NCBI GenBank assembly: GCA_963786955.1
Contig: CAWBAT010000005.1
Location: 512,001-576,000, forward strand
Length of the DNA stretch: 64,000 bases
Direction of reading: 5' to 3'
DNA from: an uncultured Acidimicrobiia bacterium
GTDB taxonomy: Bacteria > Acidobacteriota > Terriglobia > Versatilivoradales > Versatilivoraceae
The notes under the pieces: model-generated
What the model saw: only the letters and a program-made list of their open reading frames with translations
Told to the model about the DNA's origin: nothing
The model's database searches: none
Made by a program: the position numbers and the translations under genes
Part shown: piece by piece, positions 52,944 to 62,123 of the stretch
How positions within the stretch are numbered: the stretch's first letter is position 1
Layout of the letters: every line of letters starts with the position of its first letter

Positions 52944-53996
52944 ATGATCGAAGCCTCACCCTTCCGCGTCGGACTTTCCGCAGATTTTCTGGATGAGCAG
53001 CATAAACTGATATTCCCGGATTTTGGTCTGGAATTACTGGAAAATGAATCCCGTGTTTCATACGACTTCATCAAGGACTATAAAGGGGAATATACGCCCG
53101 ATCAGCTGGCCCCTTACGATGTCGTGATTTCCTTGAAACCTCGCGTCACGGTTGCCTCGCTCGCCTCTGTGGACAGGCTGTGCGCTATCGGACGGGCCGG
53201 AGTCGGTTATGACAACATTGATCTGAAAGCTTGCACCGATGCCGATGTGGCTCTTTACATTACGCCGCAGGCCGTCGTCCGCCCGATGGCTGAATCCATT
53301 GTTCTCTTCATCCTGGCTCTTTCCCACCATTTGGTTTTGAAAGATTCGATGGTCCGGAAAGGACAATGGCGGGAGAGCACGCGCCGCATGGGAAGAGAGC
53401 CCCGAGACCGAGTCCTGGGGTCGATTGGTCTAGGAGGAATTGGGACCGAGGTGGTTCGCTTGATGCGCCCATTTGAAGTGGGTGCATTCCTGGCCTACGA
53501 CCCGTATCTGGACCCTGCCAAGGCCTCTTCTTTAGGAGTCGAACTCGTCTCACTAGAAGACTTGCTGCACCATTCGGATTATGTGCTGGTCAACTGCCCT
53601 CTCACCCCTGAAACGCGCCACCTGGTGGGGGAGCAACAACTCGCTCTGATGAAGCGGGATGCGGTCCTGATCAATGCGGCCCGCGGCTCGATCGTGGATG
53701 AGGCAGCACTGATTCGCGCACTTCAAACCGGGGTCATTGCCGGGGCGGCTCTCGATGTGGTGGAACATGAACCGTTGGACCCTGCCTCTCCTTTGCTCAC
53801 CATGGACAACGTGATCGTGACTTCACATTCAATCGGCTGGACCGAAGAATTATTTCGCGATATCGGACGAGCCGACTGCACGGGTGCGTTGACAATCCTC
53901 CGAGGCCAAGTTCCTGTCAGCGTCGTAAATAAGGAAGTACTGAAACGCCCCAGCTTCTTGCGAAAGTTGGAGCGGTACAAAAGCAAAGCAAGGTGA
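52944..53996 (+). CDS. D-isomer-specific 2-hydroxyacid dehydrogenase (SerA-like)
   Basis: RAGVGYDNID, GLGGIG, CPLTPETRH, INAARG, ALDV.E.EP, TSH. Confidence 0.9.
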   Translation: MIEASPFRVGLSADFLDEQHKLIFPDFGLELLENESRVSYDFIKDYKGEYTPDQLAPYDVVISLKPRVTVASLASVDRLCAIGRAGVGYDNIDLKACTDADVALYITPQAVVRPMAESIVLFILALSHHLVLKDSMVRKGQWRESTRRMGREPRDRVLGSIGLGGIGTEVVRLMRPFEVGAFLAYDPYLDPAKASSLGVELVSLEDLLHHSDYVLVNCPLTPETRHLVGEQQLALMKRDAVLINAARGSIVDEAALIRALQTGVIAGAALDVVEHEPLDPASPLLTMDNVIVTSHSIGWTEELFRDIGRADCTGALTILRGQVPVSVVNKEVLKRPSFLRKLERYKSKAR

Positions 53997-54154
53997 GATC
54001 GCCTTGATTTCACACCACTGGAAGGCATCGGGATGGGCTCGTTAGTGATGAAAAGCGGGCAGGATGCCCGCGCTCCCAGCGGGACATCTTACCCACCCCT
54101 GAGAGCTAATGACGCGTGAAGGCTTCTCAAGCCTTCATTCCCCTCCGCCGGAGG

Positions 54155-54369
54155 GAAGGTGTGAAGAAATTCAATTTTGGTTCCCCTCCTTAGTTAAGGA
54201 GGGGGCAAGGGGCTGGTCGTTCTGGTAGGGCGCGCACGCCCCGCGCGCCGCCATGCCCAAACTGGATTCGGCGGTCTCAGCGAGACCGCCCTACCTTACC
54301 CCCTGGAGTCCCCCTTAACCAAGGGGGACACTCGCAGCGCGACACCGAACACAATTCTTTCACAACTTC
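54155..54369. mobile_element. MITE-like composite element with 17-bp imperfect TIR, inserted in a palindromic repeat
   Basis: GAAGGTGTGAAGAAATT / AATTCTTTCACAACTTC ends; AGG on both flanks; contains CCCCT..AGGGG palindromes and a GTAG-REP pair. Confidence 0.65.
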
Positions 54370-54473
54370 AGGGGTGTAGGGGTGGGTTTGTCAGAATCAC
54401 ACGAACTCGTCATTCCTAGAGCGCCGCTACAGTTCGCCCTAAAAAACTCCGGATACGGCTCCATTGCCGCTGA

Positions 54474-54482
54474 TGCTATAAT
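54474..54482 (+). promoter_or_regulatory. Extended -10 promoter element TGcTATAAT
   Basis: Consensus match ~60 bp upstream of the DUF1549 gene. Confidence 0.5.
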
Positions 54483-54544
54483 ATCCACACGCGGAAGCAT
54501 TTTAGAGGCGTGATCTTCGACAACAGCCGCATTGGGGGATTAGC

Positions 54545-57049
54545 TTGTTCCGATTGTTGTTATTGAACGTAGTGTTCTTGTGTCAGGGATGGCTACTTTG
54601 GGGGCAATCCAATCCAGGATCGGTCCCTTACGCTAGACATTCTGCTGAGACTCAGCCATCGATCCGCATGGAACCGGAAGGGATTGTTCTCGCGCACCCG
54701 GGGGCCTCGCAACACTACATTATTAGTGCAAAAGACTCGAAGGGTACGAGCACGGACGTAACGCATCAGTGTCAGGTTAACTCGTCAGCTCCGGATATCG
54801 TTGAAATCGATCTGGAGAATGCCCGGATCATAGGAAAATCGGCGGGTCAAGCGGAGGTTCGAGTCAGTTGGGGAAAAACGACCCAGACCTCTCGCATCAC
54901 CGTCAGTAATCGATCCCATGATATGGAAATCAGTTTCTCGCCTGAAATCCTCTCAATTCTCACCACCAAGGGCTGCAATGGTTCGGGTTGTCATGGTTCA
55001 CCCGCCGGGCAAAACGGCTTCAAGCTCTCTTTGTTCGGTTACGACGCCGAGGCGGACTATCAGATGATCGTCAAGACTCATGACGGGCGAAGAGTAAATC
55101 TGAAGAATCCGGAGGAAAGCCTCATTCTCCAGAAGCCTTCTTTTACGATTCCTCACGGCGGTGGAAAAGTTCTTCCGAAAGATTCGGAAGAGTATCGAAC
55201 CCTCTTAAACTGGCTCAAGCAGGGAGCCCAGCGGAGCACGAACGGCGTCCGCCTGACGAAATTGGAGCTCGTCCCGGTCAAGCGCGTGCTCGAAGGCAAG
55301 GGGCTTCAGCAGCAGGCTGTCGTCATCGGCCGCCTGTCGGACGGCACGACTCGGGACATGACCCGCGAAGTCCGCTACTCCACCAACGACGATACGGTCG
55401 CTACCCTCTCTCCAGATGGCAAGATCCAGGCAGTCAGCCCTGGCCTCACGACTGTGACGGCCCGCGCATTTGGGCAGGTAGCAGCGGCTCAAATCGGCGT
55501 CGCAGCCCGGTTGGAGGGTGCGGCTCCCCTCAATTTGACTCCGGGGAATTTTATCGATGTCCCTGTATTCAAGAAGATGCACGAAATGAACGTGGCGCCT
55601 GCGCTGCTTTCCTCAGACCAGGAATTCGTGCGGCGAGTTTTCCTGGATACGATCGGACTGCTGCCGACTCCCGCCGAAGTCCGGAAATTTCTTGAAGATC
55701 CTCTTCCTGACAAACGGGCTCGCCTTATTGAAAGACTGCTGCAGCGTCCGGAGTATGCTTCCCTCTGGACAGTCAAATTTGAAGACTGGTTCCGCAACTG
55801 TCAGCTCAATTCGCAAGGCCGTTCGATGGGGACTTTTAAAGATTGGATTCACGGATGGGTCGCAGCGGACCGCCCGTATGACGAGGTCGTTCGGGAGCTA
55901 CTCACGAGCCAGGGTGACACAATGCTCAACCCTGAGGCATGTTTCTGGCACCCGGCATCTGACTTCATGCTGAAGAAATTCAGCGTCAATAAGGTTACCC
56001 CGACCGTCAGCCGTCTCTTCCTCGGGGTTCGGTTGGAGTGCGCCGAGTGTCACAACCATCCCTTGGAAAACCTGACTCAGGACGACTTTTACGGGATGGC
56101 CGCATTCTTCTCACAGCTCCGGGTCAAACACGGATACGGAGCTTATCGCCGCACCTGGTATCTGGAAGAAGACGGAGAAATCGAAAACCCTGTCAAGAAA
56201 CAACCCGCCGTCCTGAAATTCCTGGGAGGAGAGACGCCGGTGCCTCCTGCCGGCGGCGATCGAAGAAAGATCCTGGCAGATTGGGTCGTCAGTCCCCAGA
56301 ATCCGTATTTTGCCAAAGCAACGGTGAATCGGATCTGGCATGAATATTTTGAAACAGGGATTGTCGAACCTTTTGATGATTTCCGTTCCACTAATCTGCC
56401 CACAAACCCGGAATTGTTGGATGATCTGGCGCAACACTTCATTGCGAGTGGTTATCACTTGAAAGCTCTCCATCGGGCGATATTAAATTCCAAAACCTAT
56501 CAGCTTGCTTCGCGCAAGAATGACATTTCTGAAGAGAATTCTCGTTTGGACCGTTTGCTTTTCTCGCGGTATTATCCTCGTAAACTCACGGCCGAAGTTC
56601 TATTGGATGCGGTGGGCCAGCTTGTTGGAGTGCCCCATCCGTTCAAAGGCTATCCCTCGGGAACCTCGGCCAAAGATCTTTATGTTCCGGAAATTCCGGA
56701 TTATTTCCTGGCAACCTTTGGGATGCCACGTCGCGATGTATTGGCAGAGCGAAGCAAAACGCCTACACTGAGCCAAGCTCTGCATATGCAGAATAGCGAA
56801 GTGTTGGCAGAGAAAGTGACGGCCGATCATAATGTCATTGGAGTTTTGCTGGCGAAAAATTTGGATAACTGGAGAATCATTTCGGAGCTTTATGAACGCG
56901 CCTATTCACGGCCGCCTACGGACCGCGAAAAGGTTCTCCTGAAGGATTATGTGACCGCGGAAACAGAGGCGGGGCGGGGCCGAAGACGCGAGCTGGAAGG
57001 CATCCTCTGGTCGCTACTGAACTCAAAAGAATTTCAACTGAATCATTGA
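54545..57049 (+). CDS. DUF1549/DUF1553 (PSD1-type) protein with Ig-like domains
   Basis: GCNGSGCHG, GFKLSLFGYD, EFVRRVFLD.IG.LPT, LECAECHNHP, NPYFA..VNRIW, PTNPELLD.LA, W.LLNSKEF. Confidence 0.9.
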   Translation: MFRLLLLNVVFLCQGWLLWGQSNPGSVPYARHSAETQPSIRMEPEGIVLAHPGASQHYIISAKDSKGTSTDVTHQCQVNSSAPDIVEIDLENARIIGKSAGQAEVRVSWGKTTQTSRITVSNRSHDMEISFSPEILSILTTKGCNGSGCHGSPAGQNGFKLSLFGYDAEADYQMIVKTHDGRRVNLKNPEESLILQKPSFTIPHGGGKVLPKDSEEYRTLLNWLKQGAQRSTNGVRLTKLELVPVKRVLEGKGLQQQAVVIGRLSDGTTRDMTREVRYSTNDDTVATLSPDGKIQAVSPGLTTVTARAFGQVAAAQIGVAARLEGAAPLNLTPGNFIDVPVFKKMHEMNVAPALLSSDQEFVRRVFLDTIGLLPTPAEVRKFLEDPLPDKRARLIERLLQRPEYASLWTVKFEDWFRNCQLNSQGRSMGTFKDWIHGWVAADRPYDEVVRELLTSQGDTMLNPEACFWHPASDFMLKKFSVNKVTPTVSRLFLGVRLECAECHNHPLENLTQDDFYGMAAFFSQLRVKHGYGAYRRTWYLEEDGEIENPVKKQPAVLKFLGGETPVPPAGGDRRKILADWVVSPQNPYFAKATVNRIWHEYFETGIVEPFDDFRSTNLPTNPELLDDLAQHFIASGYHLKALHRAILNSKTYQLASRKNDISEENSRLDRLLFSRYYPRKLTAEVLLDAVGQLVGVPHPFKGYPSGTSAKDLYVPEIPDYFLATFGMPRRDVLAERSKTPTLSQALHMQNSEVLAEKVTADHNVIGVLLAKNLDNWRIISELYERAYSRPPTDREKVLLKDYVTAETEAGRGRRRELEGILWSLLNSKEFQLNH

Positions 57050-57082
57050 AGAAACCAGCAGGCTCCCTGAATAAAGGAAAAT

Positions 57083-58360
57083 ATGATTATTCCCCCTTCA
57101 TCTTTCATGGGTCCCACGAGCCGCCGCGATTTCATTCGTATCGGAAGTTTGGCAATCGGAGGCCTCAGCCTCCCGCGACTTCTTTCCGCATCACCCAAGC
57201 GGCCGGACCTTTGCTGTATTGTGATTTTCCAAAATGGAGGATCCAGCCAGCTCGATACTTTTGATCCTAAGCCGGATGCCCCACAAGATATTCGGGGCAG
57301 TTTCAAATCGATCCCTACGACGGTCCCCGGAGTTCACATTTCCGAACTACTTCCTCAGACTGCCCGCTCCATGAAAAAATTCTCCATCATCCGCTCGATG
57401 CATTCTGATGAAGCGATTCATGAACGGGCGCGGCAATACATTTCCAGCGGGTCTCGTCCTCGTAACGACTTGATCCAGCCATGTTATGGATCTGTGGTAT
57501 CTAAAGAATTCGGGGTAAAGAACGGTTTACCTCCGTACGTAGTGATTCCCGAAAAGGATCTTTCCGCCGAAGCAGGATTCCTCGGCGCCTCTTTCGATCC
57601 TTTTGTCACCGGAAACCCGAATACGAAAACTTTTTCTGTCAAAGACCTCACATTGCCTTTGGGAGTCACGTTTGACGAGGCCCAAGCGCGAGCCCGGCTG
57701 CTGGCCGCCCTCGATGGAGAATTCAAGAAAGTGGAACAGTCTCCATTAATCGAGAGTATGGATGAGTTTTATCAGAAAGCATTCGATCTGATTTCTTCCC
57801 CGGTTGCCAAGAAGGCTTTTGATTTGAACCAGGAACCCGATAAGCTTCGGGACACTTACGGGAGAAGCACCGTCGGCCAAGGGGCCCTGCTGGCGAGGCG
57901 TTTAATTGAATCAGGAGTGCGGCTCGTCACCATTTACCAGGGAGGATACGACACCCATTCCCTGCACGAGAAGAACACGCAGCCACTTCTCAAAGATTTC
58001 GACCAGGCCTTTCCGGCTCTCCTCGACGACCTTGAACAGCGGGGATTGTTGGAGTCAACCTTGGTCCTGGTGATTGGAGATTTTGGCAGAACCCCCAAGA
58101 TCAATTTTTCGGCCGGGCGCGACCATTGGCCGCGCGGATTTTCTGTGGCCCTGGCAGGCGCAGGAATTAATGGAGGTAAAGTGATCGGCAAGACGGACAA
58201 GGTGGCTGGAGAACCTGTCGATCGGCCGGTAACCATCGAAGACCTGGCTGCCACGGTGTATAAATCCCTGGGCATTGATTATACCAAAAATTACCACGCT
58301 AACGGCCGTCCGGTAACCATCGTCAAAGACGGTGAGCCGGTCATGGAACTCTTCAGCTAA
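57083..58360 (+). CDS. DUF1501 domain protein (Tat-exported)
   Basis: SRRDFI; GGSSQLDTFDPKP; LLARRLIESGV; GYDTH; GDFGRTP; GRDHWP. Confidence 0.92.
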   Translation: MIIPPSSFMGPTSRRDFIRIGSLAIGGLSLPRLLSASPKRPDLCCIVIFQNGGSSQLDTFDPKPDAPQDIRGSFKSIPTTVPGVHISELLPQTARSMKKFSIIRSMHSDEAIHERARQYISSGSRPRNDLIQPCYGSVVSKEFGVKNGLPPYVVIPEKDLSAEAGFLGASFDPFVTGNPNTKTFSVKDLTLPLGVTFDEAQARARLLAALDGEFKKVEQSPLIESMDEFYQKAFDLISSPVAKKAFDLNQEPDKLRDTYGRSTVGQGALLARRLIESGVRLVTIYQGGYDTHSLHEKNTQPLLKDFDQAFPALLDDLEQRGLLESTLVLVIGDFGRTPKINFSAGRDHWPRGFSVALAGAGINGGKVIGKTDKVAGEPVDRPVTIEDLAATVYKSLGIDYTKNYHANGRPVTIVKDGEPVMELFS

Positions 58361-58399
58361 GAGTTTGCTCGCTGCAATCCATCCTAAAGATGCGTTATC

Positions 58400-58469
58400 G
58401 TAGGGGCAAAGCATTCCTTAACATTGAAATGGTTTATCGTGACACACTTCACCCAATGCTTTGCCCTAT
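58400..58469. repeat. GTAG-type REP with ~39-nt loop
   Basis: gtaggggcaaagcatt...aatgctttgccctat. Confidence 0.75.
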
Positions 58470-60725
58470 CTGAACGATGAACTTTATTGGCTTCCTGTGA
58501 AGAACCTGCTTCCCCCATTTTCCGCTCCTAGCTTGCGACGTTTGCTCCAAATGCTCTTATTCCCATTCATTCTGCTGGCTGCAGCGGAGGTTCGAGCGGA
58601 ATGGTCTTCCCCCAGAATCATTCGCGTCTATCCTTTGGGCGCACAGCGGGGAACCGAACTGGAGTTGGAGATTGCAGGTGAATTTCTTGCCAACACGACC
58701 GCCGTAGTCTTCGACTGCAAAGACATCACCTGGTTAGAAACCACTTCTTCGAGCTCGACCCAGCTTACTGGAAAGGTATCGATCTCGCGCGATGCGTGGC
58801 TCGGACCGCACCTACTTCGGGCGGTCACTTTGGACGGTTATTCAAAATCCGCCCTCTTCAGTGTGGGGCAGTTCCCTTCGCTACTGGAAAGAGAACCGAA
58901 CAACGAAATCAAGCTGGCCCAGTCAATTCCTCATTTGCCCATCGAGTTGCAGGGCCGGCTGGATGGCGCCATTGACATGGATTACTTCTCCATTCAAGTG
59001 CGCGCCGGGGAGCACTGGAATTTCGATCTTCGTTCCATTGAGTACGGGTCTGGCCTGGAAACCAAATTAACGTTGCTCGACGTCAGCGGCCACCAGGTCG
59101 CCTTTAACGATGACCGCAGTGATTTTGACGAAACTCCCTGGATTGAACATACATTTACGCGGTCCGGTATCTATTTCCTGAAGGTGGACCAATATCGTGG
59201 CCCGCGCGGCTTCAACTTCGGGAAGGCCTGCACCTATACTCTCCAAATCTCTTCCCTGCCCCGCATTGGGATCATCTCCCCGCTCGGCCTCAGACTTGGC
59301 CAAACAACCCGACTGAACTTATCCGGAACTGACCTGCAGCTCTTGCAAAAAATCTATCTCACCCCGATTCGCCTGGGTGAATATGCTCGAATGACGTACC
59401 CCTATACGACACCCGTCCATTTTCATTCCGATGCCTCCTCTGCTGCCGAGACACCGATGATAGTGGGAAAGCTATTGAATCGAAGCGCCCGTCAACTTCA
59501 GGTTGAATTCACCCTCTCTGGACCATACGAGCCTGGCTTGTGGCGACTGTGGGGGGTTGGCCCTCAGGGAATCAGCGAAGGAGGAACGATAGAGGTTTCA
59601 GCCGCCAAAGAATATGACGAAGCCAGCGCGCCACAGGCGGGTTGGGAAAAGGAGGAGTGCGTTATTAACGGTATTCTGCGTGCTCCCGGCGAAAAAGACG
59701 TCTTCCCGATTCGCGGGTTGGCCGGCCAACCCCTGCACTTCTGGACGCTCGCCGAGCAGTTGGGACTCCCCCATCTCGACACGGTCCTCGAGCTGAGGGA
59801 TAGTACCGGCAAGAGGCTCGCAGGAAACGATGATGTGGTGGCGGGCCAGGGAAATTTACTTGGCAACTCTGACAGCAGCCTCTTCTACACCCCCAAAGAG
59901 GATGGTAACCTCCAACTGATCCTCAAAGACCGCCTGAACCGCGCCGGTGAGAGCTACGTCTATCGACTGAAGGTCAAGAAAGAAGCTCCCAGCTTTCAGC
60001 TGTTCACCAGTCCCGAGAACTTTACCGTGCCGAAGGGAGGCTCGGCTATCCTCAAAGTCCATCTCGTCCGGGAATCAGGATTTGAAGGAGAAGTCTCGAT
60101 TTGGTTTGAAGGGATGCCCCAGGGGGTCGAGGCGCCTAAAGGGAAGTTCAGGGCCGACCAGCTCTTCGAACCCAATGCCGACGGGGCGGACATGATCATT
60201 CCCGAAATTTCTTTTCAAATTCAAGTTCCTGAATCTCTTTCATTGGGTGATTACCCGATACAAATCTTTGGGACTCCGACAGGTGAGGAGTCCAGAGCAG
60301 ATCGTCGGGTTATCGAAGCTCATACCTCCACGCTGATGGGGCCTTTGCTCGACACATGGAACTATATTCGCCGTCCATTGCCGGCCATCGTGATGACCGT
60401 TTGCCAACCCCCGGAAGGCCAACTCACCATTTCCAGTAATCAATTCAGCTTGAGACAAGGCGAAACAACCACTTTGGAATTGAAAGTTCAGCAAGTCCCG
60501 GAGTCTGCCACAATTCAATTGATAAACTTGCCTGAAGGAGTCAAGTACCGGGAATTAGGGAGGCAAGGCGAGCAAGTCACCATGATGCTTGAGGCGAGCC
60601 CAGAAAGTCCTCCCGGAACCTCGGAATTTACAGCCGAATCGCGAATCGGCAAGCGCTGGATTTCGACTCCAATTCTGCAACTGCAAATCCTACCGGTTCG
60701 AAAAATCTCCAAAGCCGGCAATTAG
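58461..60725 (+). CDS. PPC-domain (pre-peptidase C-terminal) repeat secreted protein
   Basis: YPLGAQRG, EREPNN, D.DYF, LDTVLEL.D..G..LA.NDD repeats; true start probably 58497-58551. Confidence 0.82.
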   Translation: MPYLNDELYWLPVKNLLPPFSAPSLRRLLQMLLFPFILLAAAEVRAEWSSPRIIRVYPLGAQRGTELELEIAGEFLANTTAVVFDCKDITWLETTSSSSTQLTGKVSISRDAWLGPHLLRAVTLDGYSKSALFSVGQFPSLLEREPNNEIKLAQSIPHLPIELQGRLDGAIDMDYFSIQVRAGEHWNFDLRSIEYGSGLETKLTLLDVSGHQVAFNDDRSDFDETPWIEHTFTRSGIYFLKVDQYRGPRGFNFGKACTYTLQISSLPRIGIISPLGLRLGQTTRLNLSGTDLQLLQKIYLTPIRLGEYARMTYPYTTPVHFHSDASSAAETPMIVGKLLNRSARQLQVEFTLSGPYEPGLWRLWGVGPQGISEGGTIEVSAAKEYDEASAPQAGWEKEECVINGILRAPGEKDVFPIRGLAGQPLHFWTLAEQLGLPHLDTVLELRDSTGKRLAGNDDVVAGQGNLLGNSDSSLFYTPKEDGNLQLILKDRLNRAGESYVYRLKVKKEAPSFQLFTSPENFTVPKGGSAILKVHLVRESGFEGEVSIWFEGMPQGVEAPKGKFRADQLFEPNADGADMIIPEISFQIQVPESLSLGDYPIQIFGTPTGEESRADRRVIEAHTSTLMGPLLDTWNYIRRPLPAIVMTVCQPPEGQLTISSNQFSLRQGETTTLELKVQQVPESATIQLINLPEGVKYRELGRQGEQVTMMLEASPESPPGTSEFTAESRIGKRWISTPILQLQILPVRKISKAGN

Positions 60726-60747
60726 TAAGCTCAAAAGAGGATTCCGT

Positions 60748-60987
60748 AATTGTCCCCCTCCATCGAGGGGGACAGTCGCCAATGGCGACAGGGGGTCACC
60801 TTCTTGGTCTCGCCCTACCCCCACCCAGCGTTCCGATAATTCCGGATTATGTAAGGGCGAAGCATTCGCTTTTAAGGTAAACATAACTATGCCATCTGTC
60901 ATCGAATGCTTCGCCCCTACAGACGATGCGTCTTTCTGGAATTGTCTCCCTCAATCGAGGGGACAGTCGCCAATGGCGACAGGGGGT
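60748..60987. repeat. Palindrome cluster: two direct ~48-bp copies flanking a GTAG-type REP (60851-60920)
   Basis: aattgtcccc..cgagggggacagtcgccaatggcgacagggggt at 60748-60796 and 60940-60987. Confidence 0.85.
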
Positions 60988-61007
60988 TAGTATTTCAATG
61001 TGCGTGT

Positions 61008-61130
61008 TTATTGAATGAATTCGCTTGGCCCAATGGAAATAGGCCTGCTCGGTGCGGATACAGTAGTGCCGTGTCCTGAAGACTCCCTCATCCGGTCAAC
61101 GAGTTTGGGAATTGATCCATGGTTACTCAA
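61008..61130 (-). pseudogene. intI: Integron integrase 5' remnant (N-terminal SAM-like domain), truncated and frameshifted
   Basis: Minus strand reads IPKLVDRMRE / FRTRHYCIRTEQAYFHWAKR / FIQ*, matching the IntI N-terminal consensus PKLLD..R..LR.RHYS.RTE.AY..W..RFI; divergent from the cassettes. Confidence 0.85.
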
Positions 61131-61218
61131 ATAGGCAGAATTCTGGATATGAAAATAGATGGAATTTTTTCTGTCTATTAATGATCCGCTTCAAATAGGA
61201 ATATATATTTGATATTTT

Positions 61219-61247
61219 TTGACTTAAGAAAGCGTCTGACTCATACT
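61219..61247 (+). promoter_or_regulatory. Candidate cassette promoter Pc
   Basis: TTGACT-N17-CATACT pointing toward attI and the cassette array. Confidence 0.55.
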
Positions 61248-61289
61248 TCAGCGGCAATTAGACAGAAAACTCGCCAATATTGCAGAGTG

Positions 61290-61317
61290 CGATATTCGGC
61301 TTAATCATTAGTTAGAG
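61290..61317 (+). other. attI-like recombination site
   Basis: GTTAGAG core (GTTRRRY-like) at 61311-61317, preceded by CTTAATCATTA; no attC stem upstream; between intI and the first cassette. Confidence 0.65.
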
Positions 61318-61330
61318 CGCGGAAACCGCT

Positions 61331-62098
61331 ATGCGCATCATCGTTTGGAACTGCGCGATGAGTCTTCACACCAAGTGGGACAGACTGATGGGCCTTCGTC
61401 CGGACGTCGCCGTCATTGCCGAGTGCGCCGACCCCGGCATCCTTTGGTCGCGACGAAAGTCTGCCCCCGAGTGTGACGCTCAATGGATCGGCGACAATCC
61501 ACACAAGGGCCTTGGAGTCTTTGCCTTCCCCGGCTTTTCGTTGAAGCGAGATCAATGCTACGACGCTCGCTTCAAGCAGTTCTTACCGGTGAACGTGTCA
61601 GGTGAGGCGAACTTCTCCCTTCTCGCCATCTGGGCGTTCAACAGACGCACCAAACCAGCGACAACCTCCTATGGCGCCGCGACGATGGCGGCGATCGATC
61701 ATTACCAGGGCTTCCTTAGCGCCAAACGATCGGTTGTCGCTGGCGATTTCAACCATTCAACAAAGTGGGATCACGAACGCAAAGCAGGTAACTTCACCAC
61801 GATCGTATCTCACCTCGAAGGACTAGGCCTAGCCAGCGCGTACCACAAACTCACCAACGTGCCGTTCGGCGCGGAGCCAGATGCGACGCTGTTCTTCCGC
61901 AAAGGACCACTTGAGTACCATATCGATTACTGTTTCCTCCCACGGGAGTGGACGGCGCGCAACGTAGTGGTCGGCAGCCGTGAGCAGTGGATCGGCATCA
62001 GCGACCACGCCCCCTTGGTGGTCGACTGCACCGCGGATCGTGATGCCGCGGTCAAACATCCGCTTGCAGGGGACGCGCCGCAAACGGCGCGCCCCTGA
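61331..62098 (+). CDS. Gene cassette 1: endonuclease/exonuclease/phosphatase (EEP) family protein
   Basis: MRIIVWNC, DVAVIAE, VAGDFN, HIDYCF, SDHAPL motifs. Confidence 0.88.
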   Translation: MRIIVWNCAMSLHTKWDRLMGLRPDVAVIAECADPGILWSRRKSAPECDAQWIGDNPHKGLGVFAFPGFSLKRDQCYDARFKQFLPVNVSGEANFSLLAIWAFNRRTKPATTSYGAATMAAIDHYQGFLSAKRSVVAGDFNHSTKWDHERKAGNFTTIVSHLEGLGLASAYHKLTNVPFGAEPDATLFFRKGPLEYHIDYCFLPREWTARNVVVGSREQWIGISDHAPLVVDCTADRDAAVKHPLAGDAPQTARP

Positions 62099-62113
62099 AT
62101 CGGGGCGTTAGAC
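62051..62113 (+). other. attC site 1 (63 bp)
   Basis: R'' GTCAAAC, R' GTTAGAC; inner stem ttgcaggggacgcgccg-caaa-cggcgcgcccctgaa with unpaired extrahelical bases. Confidence 0.88.
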
Positions 62114-62123
62114 AGCAACAGTC

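Noticed and set aside
60748-60987. Possible CRISPR array (two palindromic direct repeats)
   Set aside because: Only two 48-bp copies, ~143 bp apart with a REP between them; no cas genes
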